The position numbers were made by a program, and so were the translations under genes. Under the pieces are notes generated by a model. It made no database searches and was not told where the DNA came from. It was given only the letters and a program-made list of their open reading frames with translations. From the IMG/VR virus record IMGVR_UViG_3300043446_004613, positions 1-64,000 of that record: a stretch of 64,000 nucleotides of DNA. One strand, 5' to 3'. This document shows positions 1 through 9,185 of this stretch, in pieces (position 1 is the first letter of the stretch; the number at the start of each line of letters is the position of its first letter).

Positions 1-462
1 ATGCACGCCATAGCTGAATACGAAGACTACCTGATCGAGGTTGATCGCCTCATCGAAGCCTGTACCTGCGACTGGTGCGGTGACGTGGCGGAGAAGCCGA
101 TCAAGAAGGAGTGGCTCTGCCGGAAGACCAAGAAGGATACGGTCAAGCATTACAAGTACTGGCGCGTATGCGCTAAATGCCTTTTTGCGGTGAACGTAAG
201 CAGGATGTACAGCAAGATGGTGTTTGATCTGACCGACATCCTCTCAGTTCAACCCATGAGCGTACCTTCCGGCCAGTTATTCTACATGGACTTTGTCCAT
301 ACGGCGCGGGAACCGATTGAGCGGGTAGTGCGACAAGCCATGCCGGGTGTAGACGCACGAGTCACGCGCATCGACGGGCAGAACGGCGAAATCCAAGTGG
401 ATGTAGAAAGCATACCGCCCAAGACGGCGGAGTACATCACTATCGACTACACTATCCCGTGA
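1..462 (+). CDS. Hypothetical Cys-rich protein carrying a gp23-like major capsid fragment and a tail-sheath-like C-terminus (may be 5'-truncated)
   Basis: CxCxxC and CxxC; DILSVQPMSVPSGQLFYMDF resembles the gp23-family motif; the C-terminal GEIQVDVESIPPKTAEYITIDYTI resembles a sheath C-terminus. Confidence 0.6.
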   Translation: MHAIAEYEDYLIEVDRLIEACTCDWCGDVAEKPIKKEWLCRKTKKDTVKHYKYWRVCAKCLFAVNVSRMYSKMVFDLTDILSVQPMSVPSGQLFYMDFVHTAREPIERVVRQAMPGVDARVTRIDGQNGEIQVDVESIPPKTAEYITIDYTIP

Positions 463-913
463 TCCCAGCCTGCTTGTAGGTCAGTTTGACCAGACCGGCG
501 TCGATGAGACGCTTACGATTGATCAGGTGCTGCGGGCGGACATCCAGCTTGTTTTCACCCATGTACTTCACGGCGAATCCATTCGTGACCAGTTCCTCAT
601 TGAGCACCTTGCCGGTCTTGGGATGGATGACCTCGCCCAGCAGGCGGCCAAACTTTTCGTTGTCATCGTTTAGCTTGTGCGTGCGCAGGACGATCCAGTT
701 GTCCGCGCTCTCGATGAAGTGTTTCACGAAATCCTTGCTGGCCAGCCCGAAGACCTTCTCAACGGCATCAGCGGTGCGACTTTCCGGCGTATCGATACCT
801 AGCAAGCGCACCTTCTGGTCGGCAAGGCGCACGTTGAATCCAAGGTCGATGTCGACTTCAATCGTATCGCCATCCACCACTTTGTTTACTTTCGCGTTGT
901 ATTCGTAAGGCAT
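452..913 (-). CDS. Thermonuclease (SNase-like nuclease)
   Basis: KVVDGDTI..D, VRLLGIDTPE and KFGRLLG motifs. Confidence 0.9.
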   Translation of the reverse strand: MPYEYNAKVNKVVDGDTIEVDIDLGFNVRLADQKVRLLGIDTPESRTADAVEKVFGLASKDFVKHFIESADNWIVLRTHKLNDDNEKFGRLLGEVIHPKTGKVLNEELVTNGFAVKYMGENKLDVRPQHLINRKRLIDAGLVKLTYKQAGITG

Positions 914-927
914 GAACTACATACATG

Positions 928-933
928 TAGTTA
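928..933 (+). promoter_or_regulatory. TAGTTA putative late-promoter motif
   Basis: 4 nt upstream of GTG 938; lies within an 8-bp inverted repeat at 915-932 between divergent genes. Confidence 0.55.
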
Positions 934-937
934 AGGC

Positions 938-1282
938 GTGAGCGCGAATATCATCGTAAACCGGCTACTTGAAAGCGATCTCGACGCACCGTCACCGGAC
1001 GTTAGTCCAGCGGAATTGGTCGCACCGAACTATAGACCTAAGCCGCGATCCAACGTCAGCCGGTTTGCAGAACCTTACCTTGAATTGAACGGCAGACTTG
1101 GTGAAGGCAAAGGTTTGACGCTGTCGTCCTATCTGGGCACGCAGCTATCCTTCAGCACCATCGCGAGCTACGGTAAACAGTACAAACTAGCACTTCAGCG
1201 GGCGATGGATGATTACGTCAATACCGGTTTAGCCCGTCAAGGTCGCTCCAGTCGTGGCGGCGTAGCTTACTACCCTGTCTGA
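938..1282 (+). CDS. Putative head-packaged protein with LLE tag
   Basis: Starts MSANIIVNRLLE|SDLDAP; TAGTTA upstream. Confidence 0.6.
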   Translation: MSANIIVNRLLESDLDAPSPDVSPAELVAPNYRPKPRSNVSRFAEPYLELNGRLGEGKGLTLSSYLGTQLSFSTIASYGKQYKLALQRAMDDYVNTGLARQGRSSRGGVAYYPV

Positions 1283-1304
1283 GCTTCCACAGTTACGCTT
1301 CAAC

Positions 1305-1541
1305 TCATTTACGCCGACTGTAGCTGACGCGCATGCTTGTGATGTACGGACGGCTGATCTCCGGGTCAACGGTGTAGCCTTCCGCTTCAAGGCGAGCGCG
1401 AGCTTCGGCGATGGCGCTGGCCTCATCCTCGAACGGAACGTAGTCCTGCACCACCGGCCCGCAGTAGCCCATGCGGCTGCCGAACAGGGCGATCTTGCCG
1501 TCGCTGATGGCGATCTGGGCTTCTTTGATTTCAGTACTCAT
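1305..1541 (-). CDS. Hypothetical protein
   Basis: ORF track; fits minus-strand gene packing. Confidence 0.5.
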   Translation of the reverse strand: MSTEIKEAQIAISDGKIALFGSRMGYCGPVVQDYVPFEDEASAIAEARARLEAEGYTVDPEISRPYITSMRVSYSRRK

Positions 1542-1656
1542 ATAGGTAAGTGTTTACATTGTACCCACCACCCGGTCGGCTCTTGGGTTACCTGCGTGAA
1601 CCCGTCCAGCGCAGCTAAACGCTCCATCTTCTGTTTTTCGTCGTAGGGCGTAGGTA

Positions 1657-1896
1657 TCAGCTGGGACGGATTTTATCCTTGGACAGATTCATCTGAGCGG
1701 CCACAGCCTGTACGGCGGCGTTCAGTTTGTGCGGTGTGATCTTAGGGTTGCCGTCGTTAGCGACCTGACAGTAACAGAGCAAACTCATCCCGCTCAGCAT
1801 AGCGGCGATGATCTCGCTTCTATGTTCCGGCGCGATCGGCGCGGTGTTGGCGTATTTGTTTACAGCGTCCGTGATTTGTTGTTCAAGGCTATTCAT
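1657..1896 (-). CDS. Hypothetical protein
   Basis: ATG at 1896 overlaps the upstream stop (ATGA coupling). Confidence 0.5.
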   Translation of the reverse strand: MNSLEQQITDAVNKYANTAPIAPEHRSEIIAAMLSGMSLLCYCQVANDGNPKITPHKLNAAVQAVAAQMNLSKDKIRPS

Positions 1897-2321
1897 GCAA
1901 GGTAGGCGAGCGCGAGTGCGTTGCAAAGTAGGTGGAGAGTGTTGTCGGTAATGATCAGCAACCAGATGCGCATCCAGATCGGCTTGATGTCGGACTTCAG
2001 CTTAGGCTTACCTTCCCATACGGGACAGACTTCCTCGTCGTAATAGCCGGTCATGCGGCACTCGTTCCACGGATAGTAACCGTTCGGCCCGATATGGTTC
2101 TTGGCCCAGATGACGCAGCGGGCCAGCCCGAAGCGGTCGATCAGGAAATGCGTGCCGTAGATGGCGAGCAAAGCCCACACCGAGTGGGTAAGCAGGATGA
2201 ACGGTAACGTGTAACAGAGACAGTGGACAGCGCAGGCTAGCGTGCTGTTGCGCTTGTTGGCTGCCATCCAATCGGACTGAAGAATGTAATCTCCGACGAG
2301 GTGGGCGATGAGTTGGTTCAC
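1893..2321 (-). CDS. DUF3307-like membrane protein
   Basis: HLVGDYILQSDWMA..K, HCLCY, THFLID and DNTLH motifs. Confidence 0.8.
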   Translation of the reverse strand: MNQLIAHLVGDYILQSDWMAANKRNSTLACAVHCLCYTLPFILLTHSVWALLAIYGTHFLIDRFGLARCVIWAKNHIGPNGYYPWNECRMTGYYDEEVCPVWEGKPKLKSDIKPIWMRIWLLIITDNTLHLLCNALALAYLA

Positions 2322-2509
2322 GTGTTCTTAGGTTTAATCCACGGGTGGTCGGTGTATCTCCAGTTGGTCATTGTGCGCTTCAACGCGCCACAGTCTGGAC
2401 ACCAATACACAACAACTGTACCCATGCCTTCCATAGAACTGCCTACATCAACTTTGTTGGTATGCTTGCAGCTGGGTCGTTGCGTAGGCTTTTTGGTGAG
2501 ATCGCTCAT
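2318..2509 (-). CDS. Small Zn-ribbon-like protein
   Basis: CxH...WCPDCG; start chosen downstream of the promoter motif. Confidence 0.5.
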   Translation of the reverse strand: MSDLTKKPTQRPSCKHTNKVDVGSSMEGMGTVVVYWCPDCGALKRTMTNWRYTDHPWIKPKNT

Positions 2510-2527
2510 GACGTAATCAGACTGAAG

Positions 2528-2557
2528 TGTATACACTTTGGCTTCTGATCCGTCAAC
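2528..2557 (-). promoter_or_regulatory. Early sigma70-like promoter (GTTGAC...TGTATACA)
   Basis: Matches the motif recurring at about 10 operon heads. Confidence 0.6.
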
Positions 2558-2565
2558 AAATTATT

Positions 2566-3180
2566 TCAATCTGTGGGGTAGAACGTGCGGTGCAGCCGAC
2601 GCATCTCGTCGGGGCTGAGGTGATGACCGGTCACCATGTCGTTCCGGGGATGGGGCAACGGCTTGTTCTCATGCTGCAAGCGCGGCGTCCAATAGAACTT
2701 GGCCTTGTTCTTCCGGCCCACCTCGCAGGCCCAGCCATCGTCGCAATCCGGGCAAGGTGTACGCGGCGGTGTCTTTACCATGCAATCGACCAGCCGTCGG
2801 CTGAACATCAGTCCGGCTCCGCCTGTGCTCCACTGATGCTCGGACATGATGTCACCGCCGATCATCTCCATTCCCGGCTGCCAGAACAGACTATCGAACC
2901 GTGCCGGTACGGCATAGGTGTCGTCGTCAACCCGGAACATGTAGTCGAACGTGAAATTGGCTGCCGCATAGCTGACTGCTGCGTGCATTTTATGGGGAAG
3001 CGCTTCGTAGTTGTCCTCCACGTACAGCTGGACTGTATTCGGCTCGTCGACCTTAGCGCCGTGCCCGACGTAGAACAGCGGCGTCATGTCTGGCAGCAGC
3101 TTGGTCAGCCACGTCTCCCGCTGCGCGGCCCGCCGGTCGGCGTTCTTGACGCAGGAGGCGATGAGGATCAGATAACGCAT
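2566..3180 (-). CDS. Glycosyltransferase, GT31/Fringe-like
   Basis: R.AQRETW, DNYEALPHK, FRVDDDTY (DxD) and GGAG motifs. Confidence 0.8.
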   Translation of the reverse strand: MRYLILIASCVKNADRRAAQRETWLTKLLPDMTPLFYVGHGAKVDEPNTVQLYVEDNYEALPHKMHAAVSYAAANFTFDYMFRVDDDTYAVPARFDSLFWQPGMEMIGGDIMSEHQWSTGGAGLMFSRRLVDCMVKTPPRTPCPDCDDGWACEVGRKNKAKFYWTPRLQHENKPLPHPRNDMVTGHHLSPDEMRRLHRTFYPTD

Positions 3181-3287
3181 TGCAGAAAAGCCAGCAGGAT
3201 CAAGAGCATGCCGATGCCCGCGCAAAGCAGAACGATGAGGATGCTCTGGCGGCGGGAGGGCCGGTTGTAGGAGCGTTCGTATTCCAT
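3168..3287 (-). CDS. 39-aa single-TM protein (not in ORF track)
   Basis: MEYERSYNRPSRRQSILIVLLCAGIGMLLILLAFLQCVI; TAGTTA 7 nt upstream. Confidence 0.5.
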   Translation of the reverse strand: MEYERSYNRPSRRQSILIVLLCAGIGMLLILLAFLQCVI

Positions 3288-3319
3288 GTTCTATTAACTA
3301 ACAGAACAGTATTTAGCGC

Positions 3320-4048
3320 ATGATCGTCGCTGTTGGAAACATGAATCGGGGAGTCGATCCCGTCCTGCTGCACCACTTCTACAAGCATTACACGGAGTGG
3401 GGCGTGAGTCGCTTTTACTGGGGTGTATACAGCGGTCGTGACAATCCTCACTGGGACTTGCTGGCTGACTGCTCAAAAGCGTACGACGCGGTGCTGATCC
3501 CGTGGATGGACGGTGTGTTCGAGAACAACAAGGACTTGGCTTTCTTCAACCATGTCCGGCAGCAGCTTGGCCCGGATGACTGGTACGTTCCGCACGACAC
3601 GGATGAGTTTGTCGTCGTACCGGGATACCGTAACTTAAACGACGTAGTAGCGGCTTGTGCCAAGGAGAGCGCGTCATGGGTCACCTCGGAACTGGTCGAC
3701 CGGATAACGATGAACGGTACGATCCCACCGGCTTTGACTATGGAGCCTTCCATCTGGCAGCAGTTCCCGCGCATCGGTACTGTGACCAAGCGGATTCAAC
3801 AATCGTGGACAGTCAAGGTAGCGCTGGCGCGATCAGACATTGCTGTCACCTCGGGTCACCATAAGATTGTCGGGAGCGCGATCCCGTTCAAAAAGACGGC
3901 GCAAACGCATCACTTCAAATGGTATGGTAACCTCTATGAACGCGAAGCGCAGAAGCTCTTGGGTTACGTCCAACAAAAGAAGCCGTGGATCACAGAGATC
4001 GCACGGCTTTTGACGTATATGAACTTGAACGATGGTCGCGTTACTTAG
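3320..4048 (+). CDS. Glycosyltransferase family 2-like (Glyco_tranf_2_4 type)
   Basis: HY..WGV..F, WYVPHDTDEF, GHH and HHFKW motifs. Confidence 0.75.
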   Translation: MIVAVGNMNRGVDPVLLHHFYKHYTEWGVSRFYWGVYSGRDNPHWDLLADCSKAYDAVLIPWMDGVFENNKDLAFFNHVRQQLGPDDWYVPHDTDEFVVVPGYRNLNDVVAACAKESASWVTSELVDRITMNGTIPPALTMEPSIWQQFPRIGTVTKRIQQSWTVKVALARSDIAVTSGHHKIVGSAIPFKKTAQTHHFKWYGNLYEREAQKLLGYVQQKKPWITEIARLLTYMNLNDGRVT

Positions 4049-5108
4049 CTGCCGGTAGCATGGTTTTTTGGCCTAACGGCGCGTGCTTCGGCGGAATAAG
4101 GTCGAGCAGTTCCCAGTAGTAGTCAACCACCGCGATACACTCACCCATGCGCGGTTGCCAACCTTCAGGAAGCCCGCGACTGGCGGCATACGCGTTGATG
4201 CAGTGCTTCGGCACAAAATTGTCGCCTAGCAGCTTGTCGGTATTCGCTAACGGAGTGTGGAGTACGAACCCAGCCTGAACAAACGCAGACAGTCCGAATT
4301 TCTTCGCTTCAGGCTGAACGGTGATAAAGTAAGAACCCTCTGATTCAGTCAGTTTGATACCGAGTTCAAGACGATCCAAGTGGCGTAAACGGATAAGACC
4401 GGTGGGCGGTGCAACTTTGTACGGACGACCCATCCAAGCAGTATATTCGTTTAATGCTTGAATGAGCTTGTGCTGCCGATTAGCAGCCAGTTTTGACCAT
4501 GCAAAGCAGAGGAAGGTCAAAGACCACATGGTAGCGTCATTCGCGGCGAAGTAAGTTTTCTTACGGGCGTTACGATTTCCAAGTATCGTGAACAACGTAG
4601 TCAGGTACTTGATGCGACCTTGTTCGCCAGATTGCATCCACTTACAAGACGCCGCACGTACTTCAGGCGTCGTTGCCGTTCTCTTGGGTGCTCTCGGCTT
4701 TAACGTTTCGAACGGCGCATCCGGCGCACTCTCTGACGCAACGACAGGCTCAGGTGCGGCAGGTGCGGCAGGTGCGGCAGGCGCGGAGCTTTCCGCGAGC
4801 GTATCAAACTGAGGAACAGGTGGCCGCTCGTTCAGTGCTAAAACACGCGCACACCCCGGCATAGGCACAGTCGGCGTGTTTATGTTTACCAGTTCTTGTG
4901 CGGCTGATGATGCAGCCCGATCGAAGTCGGCAAGGATACTCTGCAAGCGGTCGATCTTGCCTTCGAGCTTGCCGATGTCCTGATCGTACACCTTGATCTT
5001 TTCTTCAGCAGCCTGCTTTAGACTCTGGATGCCGAGAATGTTTTGTTTCGCCAGTTCAATTTCGGTTTGAACGGCCTTTTGTTGTTTGTCTAATGATAGG
5101 TTCATCAT
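4041..5108 (-). CDS. Hypothetical protein with N-terminal coiled coil and PAA linker
   Basis: 355-aa ORF; heptad-rich N-terminus; (PAA)n repeat. Confidence 0.65.
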   Translation of the reverse strand: MMNLSLDKQQKAVQTEIELAKQNILGIQSLKQAAEEKIKVYDQDIGKLEGKIDRLQSILADFDRAASSAAQELVNINTPTVPMPGCARVLALNERPPVPQFDTLAESSAPAAPAAPAAPEPVVASESAPDAPFETLKPRAPKRTATTPEVRAASCKWMQSGEQGRIKYLTTLFTILGNRNARKKTYFAANDATMWSLTFLCFAWSKLAANRQHKLIQALNEYTAWMGRPYKVAPPTGLIRLRHLDRLELGIKLTESEGSYFITVQPEAKKFGLSAFVQAGFVLHTPLANTDKLLGDNFVPKHCINAYAASRGLPEGWQPRMGECIAVVDYYWELLDLIPPKHAPLGQKTMLPAAK

Positions 5109-5317
5109 AATTCGTTAATGTTTAGAACGGCAATTCGATCGGATTTGCTCAAGCCCTTCAGGTACGTTTTACGCCAGCGTACGTCGAGGCTGTTATACTC
5201 TTCCCGCAGCCGCTTGATCCGGGTGCTGTCCCAGTCAGGATCGGTGCGCTCATAGCCACCACCAACGCCGCCACGGTTACTGCCGCGTGCGCGGCTGCTG
5301 CTATTTATTTTAGGCAT
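5105..5317 (-). CDS. Hypothetical protein
   Basis: Overlapping operon packing. Confidence 0.5.
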   Translation of the reverse strand: MPKINSSSRARGSNRGGVGGGYERTDPDWDSTRIKRLREEYNSLDVRWRKTYLKGLSKSDRIAVLNINEL

Positions 5318-5570
5318 ACCAGCTTATGTTGGTTCCGTGGTTTTTGTCGCGGAGTTCGATGGACTTTTTCATGTCGCTGCGGATGGCCCGCAGGGCCTGC
5401 TCAGCAGACATGCAACGGGCGTACCACTCCTTGTTTTCATCACGTAGCGCGTTCAGCTTTTTGGCCATAGCTTTGTTCTGCTGGAGCAGGTCGGCACGCG
5501 TGGCCGCTAGCTGTGGATGCAGCCGGAGCACGAGCCAGTGAACAAAGCGTTGAAGGTTACTCTCTTTCAT
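5310..5570 (-). CDS. Hypothetical coiled-coil protein
   Basis: Operon packing. Confidence 0.55.
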   Translation of the reverse strand: MKESNLQRFVHWLVLRLHPQLAATRADLLQQNKAMAKKLNALRDENKEWYARCMSAEQALRAIRSDMKKSIELRDKNHGTNISWYA

Positions 5571-6202
5571 CAGTTATCCTCCGGTTCGTCACCTGATATT
5601 TTCTTGATCTCTTCAGCGTGCTTTTCATAGACAGCGGCTGCGGCTTCGTGAAGCGTAGGTATATCAGCGCCTTCCGCCATTAACTTTTTGACGATAGTGG
5701 CAAGCTCGGCACGTGCTGCGGCAGGCAAGCGCACGCCAAGCACGCGGCCCGACCCGAACACACCGTCGGTTCTGTCAGTCAGTTTGTCCGGCCAGTTTGC
5801 GATGTATTTGGCTGATTCGATACCGTGCAACTTCAGCTGTTCAGCATTGTCTACAAGCACCTTGTTCCAGCGCTCAGTCGTAGGTTTGTCGAAGAGGTAG
5901 CTCATACCCAACGGAACGGCGTTCATCACGTCAAGCAGGTGAACTTCAAAAACCATCCAGCCACGATGGCGGGTTACGACAGCCGGAATTTTATCGACGC
6001 CGAACACGATGAGGTGTCCTTCCGCTGAGGTGACCGCCGTATCGCCAGCGCCAGTGAGCGCGTACCCGATCAGATCGTCAAACTCCGGCGTGTCACGTTC
6101 ACATTGGTTGTTGCACTCTTCACAGTTGTCTTTGCACTCATCGTGCGGTGACGTTTTATCCATTCTTGCCATACGTATTCCTAGAGCCAAAGGCGAACAC
6201 AC
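5570..6202 (-). CDS. Hypothetical protein
   Basis: 210-aa ORF; true start may be slightly downstream. Confidence 0.6.
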   Translation of the reverse strand: MCSPLALGIRMARMDKTSPHDECKDNCEECNNQCERDTPEFDDLIGYALTGAGDTAVTSAEGHLIVFGVDKIPAVVTRHRGWMVFEVHLLDVMNAVPLGMSYLFDKPTTERWNKVLVDNAEQLKLHGIESAKYIANWPDKLTDRTDGVFGSGRVLGVRLPAAARAELATIVKKLMAEGADIPTLHEAAAAVYEKHAEEIKKISGDEPEDN

Positions 6203-6363
6203 TCGCCGATGGTGGGGTGTTTGTGGACTTCGGTGTGTTCCACGGTTGTCTCAAAAATCTCAAACTTCTTCTCAGGAAGAACAGAGTGGGTGCAGGTGAC
6301 TTCGATGTCACCATGCTCCTTCTTGATGCGGCGCAGTTCGCGCATGAGGGCACTGATTTTCAT
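6181..6363 (-). CDS. Hypothetical protein
   Basis: MKISALMRELRRIKKEHGDIEV is a typical small phage protein N-terminus. Confidence 0.55.
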   Translation of the reverse strand: MKISALMRELRRIKKEHGDIEVTCTHSVLPEKKFEIFETTVEHTEVHKHPTIGECVRLWL

Positions 6364-6376
6364 TTTTATGCGTAGC

Positions 6377-6892
6377 TTATCTGGTCGGTTGACTGCGTTT
6401 ACGGGTTACAACTTCCTCAACCTCAATTAAAGTACTATTAGGGCACACAGCGTGCGCTGCTTCAGCTTTCGCCTTTACGCGGTATACGTAGCCCTTTTTA
6501 CGTAGTTCCTCTGGGTATACAACGATGAAAAAACGGCGTTTATGCTCACGGGTAACCTGCTTTGGCAGGCTGTCGCACGTTTTCCACGTCGTGCACAGTT
6601 CCTTGCTTACAGGGCATGTCAGTTCGCCGACGCGTCTGACGACACCCTGCTTCTCTAGCTCACACAGCCGCGCCACCGTATTGTTGCGATAGCCATCTGG
6701 AAATGTATACATGGACAGAACAAGCTTAGATATTTCATTATGCGTCAACCCAAGGTCTGGACGCTCTTCCTCATGCTTCCAGAGCGCAGAGTAGACCTGC
6801 CAGCGTCGCTCTGACAGCGTGCCGTCATACGTTATCTTCTGATACGTTTCAATGCTTGCTCGACTCATTGGTATTTCAAGATTACTTCCCAC
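6377..6892 (-). CDS. Winged-helix DNA-binding protein
   Basis: LT..EI...ARLCELEKQGVV pattern. Confidence 0.55.
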   Translation of the reverse strand: MGSNLEIPMSRASIETYQKITYDGTLSERRWQVYSALWKHEEERPDLGLTHNEISKLVLSMYTFPDGYRNNTVARLCELEKQGVVRRVGELTCPVSKELCTTWKTCDSLPKQVTREHKRRFFIVVYPEELRKKGYVYRVKAKAEAAHAVCPNSTLIEVEEVVTRKRSQPTR

Positions 6893-6941
6893 TTCGTGCC
6901 TTCCTTATTATCGCGGGCAGTTCGTTGCCATAATTAAACGC

Positions 6942-7706
6942 CTACTCAGCTACAGAATTCCACGTCCATCCGTGCCACGAGCCTTTTGCATGTTTATTAT
7001 GCGGAGACAGTTGCGAAAGTCCTCCCTGCGCTCGTGTACGACCAAATCTGTTAACGACACCAAGTTCATACTCAGTGAATAGCTCAGAGTGGTTTCGGAT
7101 AAAGTGGGCCAAATTCCGAAACTGGTACGTAACATTTGAAGGAGAACGTAAAAACCAAACTATGGCGCGGTTGTTTGTTTCAAATCTGCCTGTAAGCGGA
7201 CTGATGGCTCTTGCTGCCTCAGCTAGTTCGTGCCAGTTGCTTTTTTCACGGGCGTCGGCGGCGACTTTGGAAGACTTCAGGGATTGCGCAATACGTGCCG
7301 CTCTTTCTGGAGTAGCATTTATTTTAGCGTACTTTGCCTGCGTTTGACGTAAGCGCTCTTTTTCAGCTTCTGAGTGTGGCGTTTTCCGTAATACGCGACC
7401 CGAAAGTACCTTTGAAAGATGTGCTTTTCGATCAGCCGTCAAAGGGCCGCGTACAATTCCAGTTAGGGCCGCGCTAATTTTGGGAGCAGCTTTAAGATAG
7501 GCGCTTTTCGGCGTTGGCTTTCTGGTTCCACTGGCCCACTTCGCTTTCAGTGCAGCCGATAGCTTAGCACGCTGCTCAGGAGAGATGCTACGTGTTTTAC
7601 TTTCTAGTGCAGTAGCAGAGCAAACGGCTGAATTTACTTGTCGCTCGTCCACCATAGCATGAGGGCTGGTTTCTTGTTGGGTCATACCTGTTTTAGTCAC
7701 TGACAT
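6942..7706 (-). CDS. NUMOD3-repeat DNA-binding protein (homing-endonuclease-derived, no nuclease domain seen)
   Basis: SPEQRAKLSAALK, TADRKAHLSKVLSGR and HSEAEKERL repeats; C-terminal SP...Y.F.NL..F. Confidence 0.65.
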   Translation of the reverse strand: MSVTKTGMTQQETSPHAMVDERQVNSAVCSATALESKTRSISPEQRAKLSAALKAKWASGTRKPTPKSAYLKAAPKISAALTGIVRGPLTADRKAHLSKVLSGRVLRKTPHSEAEKERLRQTQAKYAKINATPERAARIAQSLKSSKVAADAREKSNWHELAEAARAISPLTGRFETNNRAIVWFLRSPSNVTYQFRNLAHFIRNHSELFTEYELGVVNRFGRTRAQGGLSQLSPHNKHAKGSWHGWTWNSVAE

Positions 7707-7989
7707 CTTTGATGCTTACAACTACACAACAACCAGCGTGCCACGCCGTTTCAACACAGCAATCTACGTCAGTCGGACGCACCTTTATGGCTTCATGGAT
7801 GTCCTTGTTATAGCTTCTAGGCACATAGCCGATCTGGACACCATCTTTGAGGACAGCGACAGCCCGAGCATCGTACGTGTTTTGCGGCTCAAGTGTGAGC
7901 GTGAGCCGATCACCGCGTTTAACTTGCGCGGTGCTAAACTGAGTTTGTTTATGGCTGATGCCAACGACTTGAAAATTGAACGTTTTCAT
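7693..7989 (-). CDS. HIRAN domain protein
   Basis: VVGISH...L.LEPQNTYDARAVAV...IGYVPR. Confidence 0.85.
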   Translation of the reverse strand: MKTFNFQVVGISHKQTQFSTAQVKRGDRLTLTLEPQNTYDARAVAVLKDGVQIGYVPRSYNKDIHEAIKVRPTDVDCCVETAWHAGCCVVVSIKDVSD

Positions 7990-7992
7990 CTG

Positions 7993-8268
7993 TTATTGCG
8001 CAGCTTTTAAGGTTACTTCCCACTTCGCGCCTTCCTTGTTCTCGCGGGCCGGGCGCAGCTTATCAGCCAACTTCTGTGTGAATTCCCAGTCCGGCAGCCG
8101 TACCTTGCCATCACGTTTGACAAGACGAAGACTCTTCCGGTCAAAGTCGATCACACGCACGATGGTAAGGGTATCCACGTGGCACAGTTCATTTTGATCG
8201 TCACGTTGGAAGATCAACACACGATCGCCTTGCAGGGCGAGCATGTCAGCGGGAGATGTGATATTCAT
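7993..8268 (-). CDS. Hypothetical protein
   Basis: Operon packing. Confidence 0.5.
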   Translation of the reverse strand: MNITSPADMLALQGDRVLIFQRDDQNELCHVDTLTIVRVIDFDRKSLRLVKRDGKVRLPDWEFTQKLADKLRPARENKEGAKWEVTLKAAQ

Positions 8269-8497
8269 AAGTTGCTTGGGCTTGAGCCAGAATTAGGTCA
8301 AACATAGCGAAATCAATTTTGTCGGTAGTCGTCTGCACGTATTGGAGCCAAGTGAGCGGACTGCTCACTTGCACGTCTGTCATCGGATAACCGGCTCGAC
8401 ATAGATCATCAATGTATACAACAAGCTGTCTCTTCAGCACTTCCTTTGGCGTTGCCAGTTCGTCGATATAGCGGTCAATGTCCGCGTCCAGATTCAT
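8246..8497 (-). CDS. Hypothetical protein
   Basis: Start reassigned to MNLDAD. Confidence 0.45.
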   Translation of the reverse strand: MNLDADIDRYIDELATPKEVLKRQLVVYIDDLCRAGYPMTDVQVSSPLTWLQYVQTTTDKIDFAMFDLILAQAQATYEYHISR

Positions 8498-8816
8498 CAC
8501 ATGATGCGCTCTGCTTGTTCCAGTTACGGCACCAGTCAATCCGGTTACGTTTGCACAGCCAGATGGCATGGAAGCCGACGAAGTTTATCCAGAGCAGCAG
8601 GCCGGAGATGCTGGCACCGAACAGCGCTCCACCGTAGTTTTGCCAGCGGTAGCAGCGCCAAGCGAGGTACAGGAACAGGCACAGCGTAGGCACCAGCATG
8701 ATCCATGCGATGCTGTGGACGCGAGCAAGCATGATGGTTGTGTGCCACTCTATTGCCGGACGTCCGCCGATCGTCGTCCGATAGAGCGGCGGGTTGTTGA
8801 TGTTGTTTTTGTTCAT
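8475..8816 (-). CDS. Membrane protein (2 TM)
   Basis: Two hydrophobic segments. Confidence 0.55.
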   Translation of the reverse strand: MNKNNINNPPLYRTTIGGRPAIEWHTTIMLARVHSIAWIMLVPTLCLFLYLAWRCYRWQNYGGALFGASISGLLLWINFVGFHAIWLCKRNRIDWCRNWNKQSASCDESGRGH

Positions 8817-8819
8817 AGA

Positions 8820-9185
8820 TCAACGCTTTTTCACGGACGCGAGCACCGCATCCAGTTGTTCATTGTGGTACGACCAGCGCGGTTGATCCTCAAACTTCAT
8901 ACGCTCGGCATGGAACTGCGCCTGATGCCAGAGTTCCTGATTGCGCAAGTTCCAGTGGTAGCTGCGGTAGTTGATCCAGCCGATCAAGACGTTGACCAGA
9001 ACACTCAGCACACTGTCGTCGGTCACAGGTAGCAGCCAAAGTTGCGCACTGGCCCAGCCAAACATCAGCAGGCACGCTCCTCCAAAAGCGTACGACATCA
9101 GACGGGCACGACGAGCCGCTTTACGGATTTTGCAGGTAATGGCAGCCCAGCCAGCAGCCGATTCCGCGTCAGCCCAGACACTCAT
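8820..9185 (-). CDS. Membrane protein (2 TM)
   Basis: Two hydrophobic segments. Confidence 0.55.
   Translation of the reverse strand: MSVWADAESAAGWAAITCKIRKAARRARLMSYAFGGACLLMFGWASAQLWLLPVTDDSVLSVLVNVLIGWINYRSYHWNLRNQELWHQAQFHAERMKFEDQPRWSYHNEQLDAVLASVKKR

Noticed and set aside
2527-3270. Long antisense or alternative-frame ORFs (e.g. 2527-3270, 23090-23728, 25897-26583, 33456-34034)
   Set aside because: They are shadows of genes with clear motifs on the opposite strand.
4751-4790. 9-bp repeat caggtgcgg
   Set aside because: It simply encodes a PAA low-complexity linker.
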